A stretch of DNA of 64,000 bases. It comes from a virus. The notes under the pieces were generated by a model, which did not search any database, was not told the DNA's origin, and saw only the letters and a program-made list of their open reading frames with translations. The position numbers and the translations under genes are program-made. The stretch spans positions 32,001-96,000 of the IMG/VR virus record IMGVR_UViG_3300006735_000013; one strand, given 5' to 3'. Numbering within the stretch: position 1 is the first letter of the stretch; each line of letters opens with the position of its first letter. This document shows, piece after piece, positions 44,733 to 55,053 of this stretch.

Positions 44733-45573
44733 CAGTTATTTGTTGAATTTTTGGCGAATAATATTCTACATAAATGTAGTCATGTTCGTATTGAGTTGGA
44801 TAGATTCCAAAATACGCTTTCTTTTCTTCGGTTATTTTAGATTTAATATTGGTGGTCAAATCTCTAAACAAGCTTCCCTGCTCTTTTAGCTTTTCTTCGT
44901 TGATACCATAATAGTATACCATTTCCACTTCCTGATTGAAAGGAAAAAATAGTGTATCTTCACAAGAAAACGTGCTACCTCCAATAGTTTTGATTCTGCA
45001 GGATTCCCTAAGTCTTGAAAATGTAGACATAATCGGTTTTGTCTTTTTGAAGGTTTCTATCATGTGAAAAGTATCACAAAATGCTTTATTTATCTGATTG
45101 TAATAGTCGAAAACGTTGGTCTCCCCTAACAAATCTTCTATAACCTTATTTGAGACAAGCGTGATGTCCTCAAACAAGCCTGACCTGGCGTATTCTTGCA
45201 ATATGTTTCTGGTGGCTTTTTCCTGTAAGGTTTGCTCTGTTGATAGGAACTCAACTTCAGGATAGAAATATATTATCTTTATTTTTACCTGTTTTTTGTG
45301 CAGAGATTCTAGTATTTTTAGAGAGAGTGCAGAAGTCTTAGATGCTCCGCAGACAAAAAATATCACCTCGTCTTTAATTTTCTTCAAGAAGGGAATTTTG
45401 CTAACTACTCTCAAGTCTTCATATTCTTCTGCTGTTTCAAACTCCGGTACGGTGTATGTGCTCTTAGATTTGACCGGGTTATTATTGATCTTATATATAT
45501 TGTATATTTTGTGTGCGGCCAAGGGATCCACAATAGATGAGGCCGCATTTCCAATTGCTAAAATGTTTCTCAA
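44710..45573 (-). CDS. divergent tubulin/FtsZ-like GTPase
   Basis: ILAIGNAASSI (T1 loop), FFVCGASKTS (degenerate T4 loop), ITLVSN, YYNQIN. Confidence 0.55.
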   Translation of the reverse strand: MRNILAIGNAASSIVDPLAAHKIYNIYKINNNPVKSKSTYTVPEFETAEEYEDLRVVSKIPFLKKIKDEVIFFVCGASKTSALSLKILESLHKKQVKIKIIYFYPEVEFLSTEQTLQEKATRNILQEYARSGLFEDITLVSNKVIEDLLGETNVFDYYNQINKAFCDTFHMIETFKKTKPIMSTFSRLRESCRIKTIGGSTFSCEDTLFFPFNQEVEMVYYYGINEEKLKEQGSLFRDLTTNIKSKITEEKKAYFGIYPTQYEHDYIYVEYYSPKIQQITVDTEETT

Positions 45574-46709
45574 GTTTCGATTTTCCTCAGATTTCCAAAG
45601 TCTTTCCCAATGCTTACAGTAGACAGAAACTTGCCAAACATGTTTGTTTCAAACGTGTCTTTGATCGATCTGACTAGGCCGCTGTCTTCTTTGGCAAAAT
45701 CAAGTACTACAGAATCATGCATAGTGAAAGCCACATAGCTTCTCTTGTTCTTCAAAAGCTTCATAATTTCATATGACCTATCAAGTACTATATCACTAGT
45801 AGTTGACTGAAGCAAGTAATTTAAAGCCCTTCTCTCATCTACCGGTAATCTCCTACCAAAGGGAGTAGCAATGCAGCCAGCATTGTAGTGCTCTAAGTAG
45901 GCTTTTTTATTATAGAATTTTTCATATTCTTTATTTTCTGACTTTGGGTTATAAAGCCAGGCGAAGAATTTCTCTTTTGCTTCTGCCCTGGTTACCCATG
46001 GGGCCATACTTTTCATATTCCACTCATGGATATCCACTTCGGGCTGAGGTGCACCAGAGAAAGCCAGCAAAGTTCTTATCTCTGCTCCATTGACGTCAAG
46101 CTCAAGGAAAAGGTCATTTTTTGGCTGTATTTTGTTTCTTTCTTCTTTACTTATACTCAATATGGGAAAGGAGTGTTTAGCTGTAGCCAAACGGCCAGTT
46201 GCGCTAGAGAATATATCATATGCCACCCTCTCCTCCGTACCGGCAGAAGTTATAGTCTTTTTTGAGATCTCCGTTGTAACAACATGTATTTTATGTAAAA
46301 TATCATAATCCTCTGGCTTTTGTACCATCAGCTGAACCCTAGACATCGCTTCGTCCCTGGCTGAAAACCACTTATATAATAGATGGTCGGGAAGTATATC
46401 AAAGAAACAGAGTTCTGAAAAGTCTATCTTAGCCGTTGTTGATGCGTCTTTCTGTGCTTTTATCAATTGCTCAAGTGACCTGTATGATCCGGGATCCGAA
46501 GAGTATTCGGACAAACATACACCTTTCGCAAAGATTTTTAAAAATCTATAGGCCTCATCTTCTCCAAGGATGTGTGAATAATTCCAAGAAGTATTTGATT
46601 TTAGTAGTATTTCCGGGTGGCGTTCGAAATAAAATGTGTCTTTGTAAAAGACACCTAGGCAGTTATCTTCGATTTCTAAAGGTTGTATTATTGCTTCTTT
46701 CTCTCTCAT
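45570..46709 (-). CDS. compact family-A DNA polymerase-like protein
   Basis: ATGRL, motif A ELDVNGAEIR, motif B RAEAK..FFAWLY, ALNYLLQS, motif C MHDS. Confidence 0.8.
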   Translation of the reverse strand: MREKEAIIQPLEIEDNCLGVFYKDTFYFERHPEILLKSNTSWNYSHILGEDEAYRFLKIFAKGVCLSEYSSDPGSYRSLEQLIKAQKDASTTAKIDFSELCFFDILPDHLLYKWFSARDEAMSRVQLMVQKPEDYDILHKIHVVTTEISKKTITSAGTEERVAYDIFSSATGRLATAKHSFPILSISKEERNKIQPKNDLFLELDVNGAEIRTLLAFSGAPQPEVDIHEWNMKSMAPWVTRAEAKEKFFAWLYNPKSENKEYEKFYNKKAYLEHYNAGCIATPFGRRLPVDERRALNYLLQSTTSDIVLDRSYEIMKLLKNKRSYVAFTMHDSVVLDFAKEDSGLVRSIKDTFETNMFGKFLSTVSIGKDFGNLRKIET

Positions 46710-47832
46710 ATTTTACTCTTATGTAATTGGCACATATGGCGCCGATGCGCTCAATAGCAGATTGTAATCCGTAAAGTTTATTTGTCATCATAACAGACTC
46801 TCTATGAAAAGTCAAGTCGTTTTCATTATAAACTCCAATTTCATACATCCTAACCTCTAAAAGTAATTCGAGCCACTCTTCAGATGATAGGAAATCAACA
46901 TCGGGGCGAATCACAACATTTCTCTCTGTTTTGTTTGTCAGCGGATTATATTTGGTTTCCACGTAAAAAGGGACATTGCTTTTTATCTCATTGTAGACCT
47001 TTATCATAAAATCTTGCAGGTCATAAAGGTCGTCTCTATGTGATTTTAGGCGATAAATCGAATCCATTATTTCGCTCGCTGAGTCTAGCTTTGTACTCCC
47101 TCTCTTGATTCTCTCCTTCATTGTTGCATGTTGCAAATTGGCATAAAGTCTCCAGGGACTGTACTTATCTACATAGAATCCAAAATTCTTTGCAAATTGC
47201 GAATAACACTCAAAATCTTCACTTTGTATAATCTGCCCTTTCGAAAGATCTTGGTTATAATCTAATTCAGCCAATTCAACGGCAAGGCCGGAAGTTTTTG
47301 GTGTATTCTTGTTTGACAGTATGAATCCGCTCCTAGTGATAGGAAACTTATGTAAATTTTTTCGAAGGAGTGACTTTATAGCTGTCAAGAAACAGTTGTA
47401 ATCATTTATGGTTTTATCATCTTGTAATATCGTAGAGTATTTTACGCCGGTGAAAACCATATATCTCGAATAAACATCCTCCAATGAGATATATCCTGAA
47501 ACTGGTATTATCTCTCCCAGAAATTTTGGCGTGCGCCTGTTAGTGCTTGAGACTTGATTTAAATAAGCCTCTCGAAAGTCCTTGAACGCCTCTGTTACAA
47601 ATTTTATATTTTCGACGCTTGAAGCCATTGGTGAATAATTTTGCAAGATAAGAGAGTTAGGAACTAAATAAACCGGTTCATAGTTATCGTTTATTAAACC
47701 ATAGGATATCTTATCATATATAACATCTATCATTCCAGGAAAATCTACATAATTTCTATATTTCTCTCTTTCGGCAAACTCCAAATGGAGATCTCCGGTA
47801 GATCCGCCAAAAAAGCTAATCCTTCTTGTCAT
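46663..47832 (-). CDS. hypothetical protein (end of tail/baseplate block)
   Basis: 389 aa; FGFYVDK..PWRL. Confidence 0.7.
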   Translation of the reverse strand: MTRRISFFGGSTGDLHLEFAEREKYRNYVDFPGMIDVIYDKISYGLINDNYEPVYLVPNSLILQNYSPMASSVENIKFVTEAFKDFREAYLNQVSSTNRRTPKFLGEIIPVSGYISLEDVYSRYMVFTGVKYSTILQDDKTINDYNCFLTAIKSLLRKNLHKFPITRSGFILSNKNTPKTSGLAVELAELDYNQDLSKGQIIQSEDFECYSQFAKNFGFYVDKYSPWRLYANLQHATMKERIKRGSTKLDSASEIMDSIYRLKSHRDDLYDLQDFMIKVYNEIKSNVPFYVETKYNPLTNKTERNVVIRPDVDFLSSEEWLELLLEVRMYEIGVYNENDLTFHRESVMMTNKLYGLQSAIERIGAICANYIRVKYERERSNNTTFRNRR

Positions 47833-50606
47833 GTTCCGCCGCTCCTGTATTTGCTGTGGCCTTCCGAAACTACTAGTTTTACAGACTCCTCTACACCCCT
47901 TGCAGCATCAATTTCGATCACATACCCAGTTACAAGGCTGTATCTTACGGCACCAGTAGTCGTGTTCACCTTCTTGTCTAGAACTCCTGGAATTTTATTA
48001 GTAATTTTGTTTCTATGTAGTATGTAATCGTTTGATATTGCGCGTGCGAGTGGTGCATCGGTGACTCTCTTGCCTTGGCCTGGTGTCCTAAGAGCCTGTA
48101 TTTTTGTCTCTACTGCGATCTCTGATCCCTGTGGTGATACGACATCTTTCGGTGTGGGAAACGACTTCGAATCGTTACTGGCTTGAGTTTGCCCTATGTT
48201 GTCAAGCTTTCTTGTTACCTTCTGCTCCTGCGTTGTTTCTTTTTCTATTTCCGCATGAGAACCAAAAGAGCAGCCAAGGGTTGTAGACATAGCTCCGTTG
48301 GAGTAAGCAGTCGAAACACTGATAACAGTATAGTAACCTCCTAAGCCAAGTTTGTAGGCTGGAGAGATTGGGTCTCTTGGATTTCCAAAGCCTATATTAC
48401 TGGGGTCTATAAAAATCTGGCTGCCTGGCATGAACAGGTTGTTTCCAAACATTTCGATGTCAGCTTTGTAGGGCATTTTTAATTCGTCGTACTGGCCAAC
48501 CTGATTAGTCATGAGCTGCTCTTGTGCGTACGGTACATCAAATCGGCTAAATGATATATTCTTTATCAGACCTCTGTTCTTGCCTACCTGAAAATGATAT
48601 ATCCCATTTTTAGAGTCTTCGTCTAGATCTCCCTTTTTATCTGATGTTAGATTCTTCTCCACGGCTTGGTAGATGACAAAGTAATCAGATGCATCATCAA
48701 TCTTGATTGGTCGCGAGCTGGTGTTGATTCCTGCTACATCTTTTGAAGGCTCTAGATCTGAATTTTTTCTTATGTCTGACCTTATTTTAGGGCCGGAAAA
48801 AGTGACAGAAGTAAGAGATGGTATCTCATCTATTATTGCTGGTGCGATGCCGGTCTGTGACCAAGTTGTGCCGAACGCCATTGGCAACAGAGAGTGGACA
48901 CAATCGTTCAAAAAAGAAGGTATCGTATATGTATTTCTATAGGAGTTTGCTATTTTCAAATACATAAAAGTTTGATACGCCTCCAAAGAAATTGGTATGT
49001 CTGCTAAGTTGACTTCTTTCACTTCGACTGGGTCGTTTTCTCTTTCTGAGCCATTTTTAACATATTTATACCTAATTTTTGGCAGCAAAACCTTAAAATT
49101 GGACAGTTTCTGCTTGGCGCCCTCAAGGACTCTTACAATCTTTGCTTTCTCTTTTGCTTTCTTAGAGCCAATCTTCAAAATATATTGTTTGTCTAGGCGG
49201 GTTATCTTTCCTTGGCGAATCATCTCGTCTAACATTGCAGACGTACTGTTATTTACAAGATTTATGGTTAAATCTAGATTTCTCTTGGTCTTTTCAAAAA
49301 AAGCCTGTATCAAGTCACCGAAAAGAATATAGTGTACGGTCCGAGTTGAGACGTCTAGCCTATTTATCCTTTCAAACAATTGCTCACCAGGGGTACTAGA
49401 TTCTATCTTTTCTTGAGGTGGCTTCTTTGCAGGTGGCGTACCGGAAAGAATTTTGTCAGTCGCTGCAATGGCGCGGGCGCCGGCCTCTTTGATTGCAGAA
49501 TTTCTCTGCTTCTCACTCAGGCCAAGCGCATTGTACTCTGATATGGTTGCTGGATCTGTGACCTTTTCAAAAATCCTATTTTTTTCTTCTAGGATTTCCA
49601 TTATTTCTCTTATTTGGGATAGTTTCTGCGTCTGATCCTCATACCCGGTGCCGGGTTTCTGTTTTTTGCCGTTTATCTTACTTAGATCTTCACCACCCTC
49701 CTCAAGTAACTGTCTCATGTCTGCCCTCTTGAGAATGTTGACTGGTGAATCTGTCGCGCTGAAGACCTTATCACTCAAAGCATTATCTATTCTTGCAGTA
49801 TATTTTATAGAAATTGTCGCGGTCCCGTCCTGTTCCACGTTTATTTGATGGTGGACAACATTCATCCTGAGTGTGATATTTGCTTCTTTTATTTCTTCTA
49901 TTTCCTCTTCTAAGAGAAAATTCGTGTTCATGCCAGTATACCCTAGGGTAGCGACGACCTCAATAGGTCTGGAGAGATCACCAGGAGTGATAGTGCCCGA
50001 ACCTTTAGATGAGCTGTTTGAACCCTTTGCTATCGATATAGTGAACATATCTGCCAGAGGAGCAAAGCCTACCCTAGTGTCAAATATGTTTGCCAAATTG
50101 TCGACAAAAATTGTCAAGTCGGCCGTCAGGTACCTAGGTGCGGTAAATGGATCAGTTCCTTGATAGTTTACAGTGAAATTCCTAACACCTGATGCTTTTA
50201 AGCGGCTATGGCCTGTGGGTGTTGCTGCCTCATCTGCTAAGGCACTAACAGGAAAAAAGAACGGTGTCAAAAGGTCTTCTGTTGTCTTCGCCCCTGTTCT
50301 GCTGTCAATTTTGTAGAATCTTAATTCAGGCACCAAGGAGCTGATCTTGTGTGTCTCAAGGTTAAAGAAGTGAGCCTTTATTAGCTTCTTACCTGTGGAA
50401 TCTCTGGCGCTGTACAGCTTGGACATAACATCTTGTGGCTTATAGGCGCCACTAAGACGGTGCACCGAGGCATTATCAGGCTGGCCTGGCTGTAGTTTAC
50501 TTTTGGACTCCGCTTTGCTATCTTGAAGTTTATCAAAACTAAGTAAATACATCAAATAGGCTTGCGGGTGAAACGAATTTAGCTTTGCCTCATTCTCTAC
50601 TGACAT
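47829..50606 (-). CDS. baseplate hub-like structural protein
   Basis: 925 aa; ADIEMFGNNLF.PG..IFI...GGYYTV...T-type C-terminal hub motif; synteny. Confidence 0.6.
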   Translation of the reverse strand: MSVENEAKLNSFHPQAYLMYLLSFDKLQDSKAESKSKLQPGQPDNASVHRLSGAYKPQDVMSKLYSARDSTGKKLIKAHFFNLETHKISSLVPELRFYKIDSRTGAKTTEDLLTPFFFPVSALADEAATPTGHSRLKASGVRNFTVNYQGTDPFTAPRYLTADLTIFVDNLANIFDTRVGFAPLADMFTISIAKGSNSSSKGSGTITPGDLSRPIEVVATLGYTGMNTNFLLEEEIEEIKEANITLRMNVVHHQINVEQDGTATISIKYTARIDNALSDKVFSATDSPVNILKRADMRQLLEEGGEDLSKINGKKQKPGTGYEDQTQKLSQIREIMEILEEKNRIFEKVTDPATISEYNALGLSEKQRNSAIKEAGARAIAATDKILSGTPPAKKPPQEKIESSTPGEQLFERINRLDVSTRTVHYILFGDLIQAFFEKTKRNLDLTINLVNNSTSAMLDEMIRQGKITRLDKQYILKIGSKKAKEKAKIVRVLEGAKQKLSNFKVLLPKIRYKYVKNGSERENDPVEVKEVNLADIPISLEAYQTFMYLKIANSYRNTYTIPSFLNDCVHSLLPMAFGTTWSQTGIAPAIIDEIPSLTSVTFSGPKIRSDIRKNSDLEPSKDVAGINTSSRPIKIDDASDYFVIYQAVEKNLTSDKKGDLDEDSKNGIYHFQVGKNRGLIKNISFSRFDVPYAQEQLMTNQVGQYDELKMPYKADIEMFGNNLFMPGSQIFIDPSNIGFGNPRDPISPAYKLGLGGYYTVISVSTAYSNGAMSTTLGCSFGSHAEIEKETTQEQKVTRKLDNIGQTQASNDSKSFPTPKDVVSPQGSEIAVETKIQALRTPGQGKRVTDAPLARAISNDYILHRNKITNKIPGVLDKKVNTTTGAVRYSLVTGYVIEIDAARGVEESVKLVVSEGHSKYRSGGT

Positions 50607-50611
50607 TTCTT

Positions 50612-50959
50612 CTATCTCTCTTCCTTGTTTGCAAGCCTTATAGCCAAATCTAAATCTTTCGGTATGTAAATAGAATCACCTATCTTGAAATGCGCGTCAG
50701 TTGGCTTATTGTTATACCAGGCAATAACCCACCAATAGCTGGTGCTGCCATAGTGCTTAAAGGCGAATTTGTACATCTTGTCGCCCATTTTAAATATCTC
50801 TTTGTAGTGATCAAGCGTAACCAGTTCGTCTTCACTTGGTATGCCCGGTGGCATCCTAGATAGTACCTCTACTGTTTCAACATATTTTCTGTCGTGTATG
50901 TTTTCTCTTAGTGCCTTAGTCACATCGAAAGCTGTTCTATAAAGGTTTCTATTTGGCAT
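50612..50959 (-). CDS. baseplate LysM/tail-X (gp53-like) protein
   Basis: GD....A..HYG...YWWVIA.YN...GDSIYIP. Confidence 0.78.
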   Translation of the reverse strand: MPNRNLYRTAFDVTKALRENIHDRKYVETVEVLSRMPPGIPSEDELVTLDHYKEIFKMGDKMYKFAFKHYGSTSYWWVIAWYNNKPTDAHFKIGDSIYIPKDLDLAIRLANKEER

Positions 50960-50968
50960 CTTGACCTC

Positions 50969-51658
50969 CTAACCTAAAGTCCTATCGTTGTTTGCAGACT
51001 CAAGCGAGCTATTGCCTTCGGAAGATTCTGCAGATACAGTACCGCCTATAGGCTTCTTGCTGTTATACGGAAAAGTATCAGTTATGAAACTATTTGTCGC
51101 TCCAATCTCCCACCCTAAAGGTGATTCGTGCTGAGGGTTAAATCTAAAGTCTATGGCGAACTCTTTTGGAAATATCTCTCCTGATTGGGCAACAAAAAAG
51201 CCGGGTTCAAAATCAGGGGCGAAATTGACGCCCTCGATGCAACCAAGAAGCTGGCCCATACCGTCTGCACTTTGGATAAAGTTTACAAAACTTAGCCTTA
51301 AAAGCGGTGGCGCCTTTATAGTACGGCCGACACTACCGCCTGAACCATCTAACGGTGCGCTATAGGCTGGGTATACCATTTTTGTCAATAGTGAAAACTT
51401 TTCCATATTTTGTTGTGCAGAATTCATGTCGGGCGATAGAACAGTAAAAGCTATATTTATTGTTCTGGAGGTGCCTTGGTATGGTTTCACCGGGTCGTTT
51501 CTTCCAAAGATGTTCTCACTACCCCAGGAAACACTGTAGTTATCCTCAAACCTTGTTACGAATCCAGGAAATTCCACCTTGTTGCCCGTTGCGACATGGT
51601 GTATCTTGACCATCTGATTTTTGGATTTTGCAATGTCGTTAAAATTAGTAAAACTCAT
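50969..51658 (-). CDS. tail tube initiator / baseplate protein
   Basis: W....FGR.DP...Y..TSRTI.I.F, PPLLRL; follows the tape measure gene. Confidence 0.65.
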   Translation of the reverse strand: MSFTNFNDIAKSKNQMVKIHHVATGNKVEFPGFVTRFEDNYSVSWGSENIFGRNDPVKPYQGTSRTINIAFTVLSPDMNSAQQNMEKFSLLTKMVYPAYSAPLDGSGGSVGRTIKAPPLLRLSFVNFIQSADGMGQLLGCIEGVNFAPDFEPGFFVAQSGEIFPKEFAIDFRFNPQHESPLGWEIGATNSFITDTFPYNSKKPIGGTVSAESSEGNSSLESANNDRTLG

Positions 51659-51673
51659 GAATTCGTTCTCCTA

Positions 51674-53266
51674 CTATTTGCCGCCGGCTTGAGCGTTTGG
51701 TACTATAGCTGATGAAGGGTTTGTTTTGGAGACGGGCGTGAGGCCCAATAGTCTACCCAGTACCTCTGCTGCTTCCTTGCCAAAGAACATGGCCATCTTC
51801 CCGGCAAGGTCCTTGTCCATACCTGGTATCTTTCCTGCAAAGAACTTCATCATTTCAATATTCGCTAGCTGTATCGTAACTAGGTCCCCAATGCCCTTTG
51901 CTTTCTCAGCTGCAGATATAGTCTTTGCAAGGAATCTGCTTGTCTTCTGAAGATTAGTGATATCTACGCCAGCAACTAGTGATTTGTCAAAATCACCTTT
52001 GGCTCCGAGGGCTCGCGCGAGCATATGCGGTACAAATTGTTCGGAAACCATTTTGTCCTGGAGGCCTTTGTGTGTGGGTCCAAATATACCTATTCTTTTC
52101 GCGTTATCTCTTATGGAATTGTTCAGTTCTATCATCGCCCTAGTCATTGGCCCTTGTTGGTTCTTTATTCCTTTTGAGAGGCCGGCTATGGCATTGCCCA
52201 GGTCTTTTCCTCTTTTGTTTATTATCTTGTCCGGAGAAGTCTCTTGCATCTTTTTGAACTCTCCGGTCTTGTCCATTTTAAGGTCGCCTCTTAGAAACTT
52301 TCTTGTCTCAGCGACTGAACCCAGACCTAGAGTGTCCTTGAGGGCTAGGAGCTCAAATTTGCCCATCTCTTCAACATTGCGACCACTCTTTGTTATTTCG
52401 TTTCTTATTGTCTCTGCTCTTTCTGCCTCAGTCTTATTTAGTAAGTCGATACTGTTGAAAACAGACGTGCCTAAGATTTGATTTAACTGACCTGCTTTCT
52501 GTGCTGAACCCTGAAAGGTGTCCATGGAAGATCCGAAAGCGCCTGCTAAAGATTGGAAGTCCACACCTGTTGTTCTTGCCATTTTCTGAAGTTTAACAAA
52601 GTTGTCCATAAATTTGTCTGAGGTATAGGCAAAGTCCTTTTGAGCTATCCTGAAGTTATCTGTTAGAATATCTGGTGCGATGGCAAATTCTTTTGTAGTA
52701 TGTACCAACTGTGCAGTCATCTTATTTAGACTGTCCTCCGACATATTAAACGCCATAACTCCTTCTTGCATTATCTGAGCAAAAGAGTTCATCTCGAAGC
52801 CGGCTCCAGAAAGGACTACAGAGTTTTTCATTAGGGATTCGCTAAACTTTTCTGATACAAAAGGCATCGCTGTAAACTGATCCCTGAAAGCTTTAGTTAC
52901 CGCTATTCCTTCCTTAAAGTTGCCAAATAGTTTATAACTGGCATCGTTGGCGCTTGAAATGGAGTTTGCAAACTTGTCCATCTGGTCGGTGTAACCAGAC
53001 TTAAAGAATTCACTCATCTCATTTCTGAATACGGATACTCCGTCAAATAATGATTTAAACCCTCCTATAAGTTCTTTGGTCGAACCAAGTGCTTCGTTTA
53101 TTGATGTTTGAAGATCGCCGGCGCCGAGGCCTTTAACTGCCTGCTTGACGTCTGTCGCGACTTTAGCGGCGCCGCTGTCACGAATCTGCTGGGCGGTCTG
53201 CTGAGCTTTACCCGCGGCCTTTCTTCCTGCTTCGCCTGCATTTTTTGAGTCGTCGCCTCCTGCCAT
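51674..53266 (-). CDS. tape measure protein
   Basis: A/G/M/K-rich helical protein after tube and chaperone genes. Confidence 0.65.
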   Translation of the reverse strand: MAGGDDSKNAGEAGRKAAGKAQQTAQQIRDSGAAKVATDVKQAVKGLGAGDLQTSINEALGSTKELIGGFKSLFDGVSVFRNEMSEFFKSGYTDQMDKFANSISSANDASYKLFGNFKEGIAVTKAFRDQFTAMPFVSEKFSESLMKNSVVLSGAGFEMNSFAQIMQEGVMAFNMSEDSLNKMTAQLVHTTKEFAIAPDILTDNFRIAQKDFAYTSDKFMDNFVKLQKMARTTGVDFQSLAGAFGSSMDTFQGSAQKAGQLNQILGTSVFNSIDLLNKTEAERAETIRNEITKSGRNVEEMGKFELLALKDTLGLGSVAETRKFLRGDLKMDKTGEFKKMQETSPDKIINKRGKDLGNAIAGLSKGIKNQQGPMTRAMIELNNSIRDNAKRIGIFGPTHKGLQDKMVSEQFVPHMLARALGAKGDFDKSLVAGVDITNLQKTSRFLAKTISAAEKAKGIGDLVTIQLANIEMMKFFAGKIPGMDKDLAGKMAMFFGKEAAEVLGRLLGLTPVSKTNPSSAIVPNAQAGGK

Positions 53267-53307
53267 GATCTTGTAACCTCCTCTTCTCTAGTAAATAGGG
53301 CCTACAA

Positions 53308-53479
53308 CTAATTGTTTTCGCTTGAGGACTCATAGTATTTGTGAAGTCGGTCAAAAAACCAACTTCTCAGGCCAATAGGTAGGGAGTAGGCCTCAGAAAA
53401 AGAAAAATTTCCATGTTTTACAAGTGAGAAGATTTGTTCGTAAACAACTGCTTCAAGATACTCTTCACTCAGACCAAAA
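53308..53479 (-). CDS. tail chaperone C-terminal extension (gp51/GT-like), probably reached by +1 frameshift
   Basis: no convincing RBS or start; YEQIF.L..HG.FSFSEAY.LPI.LR.WF. Confidence 0.6.
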
Positions 53480-54337
53480 CCAGCCCAAAGAGAAGGGCAC
53501 CTCCTTTGCAAGGTCTGCGTTACAGGAAGGGCAAGTAATGTTTGTTGCCATATCCATGGATGGTGTGCAGCTGTTATGTGCTTTTGTAATTTTTCGAATA
53601 TCAGATGTAGGTATAACCTCGCAAAGCTGATTTATCATAACTTCATCCACAATATCATTAGCTGAGATGATAACCTTTCTGAGAAATTCAACTGTTTCAC
53701 TACACTCTATGTTTAGCTGTTTCTTCTTTTTTATTGTTAGTCTGAGGTGTTCTCGATCTTCTGGTGTTAGAACTCTTATCTTTACTTTTATATCAGTCAT
53801 TGGCAAAGTCATGCAAACCAGCCCTGAACCTTCCTCTATTGTCCAGTCTCCCTCTTCATTGCTAGCTGTTGATTGCTCCAGGATCTTAGAAATGCTGGCT
53901 GCAGTTTCAAATTTGTGGCCACAATGATCGCATGCTACCGACAAATCTATGCCATCGCCATATCCAGTCTTTCTGGCATGCAAGAGGATGGCCATCTTGT
54001 CGCAGTCTTGCATATCTTTTGCAAGAACGCCAGGAGTAGTAACAATTGAATCAATTAGTCGGTTAAAGACCGTCCCTTCATTCACAAAGCTTTCATTCAT
54101 TATGATGTCTTCTTCTTTGGCAGTCATCGCTTTTATTTCGACCGATTCCAAACCAAAAAGGGGGCTGTTTTCAGAATAGAATTTGCCTGCACTTGGAAGC
54201 TTCACAATCTCTTTATTAACTACAAAAGAAAGCCCAAATGGATTTGAACTTTCTTTAGTTTTTGGCATATCTGGTATTGGTGGTCTCGTGGTGGGTGCAG
54301 CTTGGTTAGCTGCGATTCTCTTTTGATTTCTTGACAT
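53465..54337 (-). CDS. tail/baseplate assembly chaperone (gp26-like)
   Basis: LPS.G.FY, MTAKEEDI, R..GYG, CxxC x2, ends WFW. Confidence 0.75.
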   Translation of the reverse strand: MSRNQKRIAANQAAPTTRPPIPDMPKTKESSNPFGLSFVVNKEIVKLPSAGKFYSENSPLFGLESVEIKAMTAKEEDIIMNESFVNEGTVFNRLIDSIVTTPGVLAKDMQDCDKMAILLHARKTGYGDGIDLSVACDHCGHKFETAASISKILEQSTASNEEGDWTIEEGSGLVCMTLPMTDIKVKIRVLTPEDREHLRLTIKKKKQLNIECSETVEFLRKVIISANDIVDEVMINQLCEVIPTSDIRKITKAHNSCTPSMDMATNITCPSCNADLAKEVPFSLGWFWSE

Positions 54338-54378
54338 ATTTCCTCTTTATAACAAACAAAATAAAAAACTAGATAACG

Positions 54379-55002
54379 CTATATCAGTCGGCCGCCGCCA
54401 GTGTCGTCGGCCTGAAACTGTCGGGCGCCTGTTGTGCCGGTCTTGTTGAAAGACCATATTCCACCACCTTCTACAGCATCCTTGCCTGTTGGCAAACCTT
54501 CAATCACTGCATAATCGTACTTCATGGTGATCGTAATATTTACTAACTCATCTTGACTATAGTCAAGTGTATCAAATTCCACGCCAGTTATCAAGGGGTT
54601 TTTTATTCGCCATGTTTCGATTGGGGTGCCATTATCGGCATCCAGTTGAGATAACTTTATCTCAGTACCCAGAGACTCAACCATAGCTTTCTTAGATATA
54701 GTAGTGGCGCCGGATTGACTATAGTCATGCGGAATTACATAGCCAGAATTTTCTAGCATCTTATATAGACTCTTTGTAGAGTCAGGCTGGACTGGGTCCA
54801 CAAGAGTAATCGTTATATCTTGCCAAGTAACACGACCTGGATAATAAAATTCATAATTCAAGAATTGATGTGGCGTGGTGGCCACCTGAAAAGAGGGTTT
54901 CTTTACGCTCTTCACAATAAACTGAGGCACTCCTGTCCAATAAAGAAGCCATCTAAACTTCCTCTTTGGCTCAACGCTCTTTTCTGTCCAAAATCTTGCC
55001 AT
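54379..55002 (-). CDS. tail tube protein (gp19-like)
   Basis: EPKRKFRW, GR..W..ITITL.DP, LDY, YDYA. Confidence 0.88.
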   Translation of the reverse strand: MARFWTEKSVEPKRKFRWLLYWTGVPQFIVKSVKKPSFQVATTPHQFLNYEFYYPGRVTWQDITITLVDPVQPDSTKSLYKMLENSGYVIPHDYSQSGATTISKKAMVESLGTEIKLSQLDADNGTPIETWRIKNPLITGVEFDTLDYSQDELVNITITMKYDYAVIEGLPTGKDAVEGGGIWSFNKTGTTGARQFQADDTGGGRLI

Positions 55003-55053
55003 TGTTATGATCTCCTATTAATATATATTAGCTTCTCTTATTTTTTACTATGT

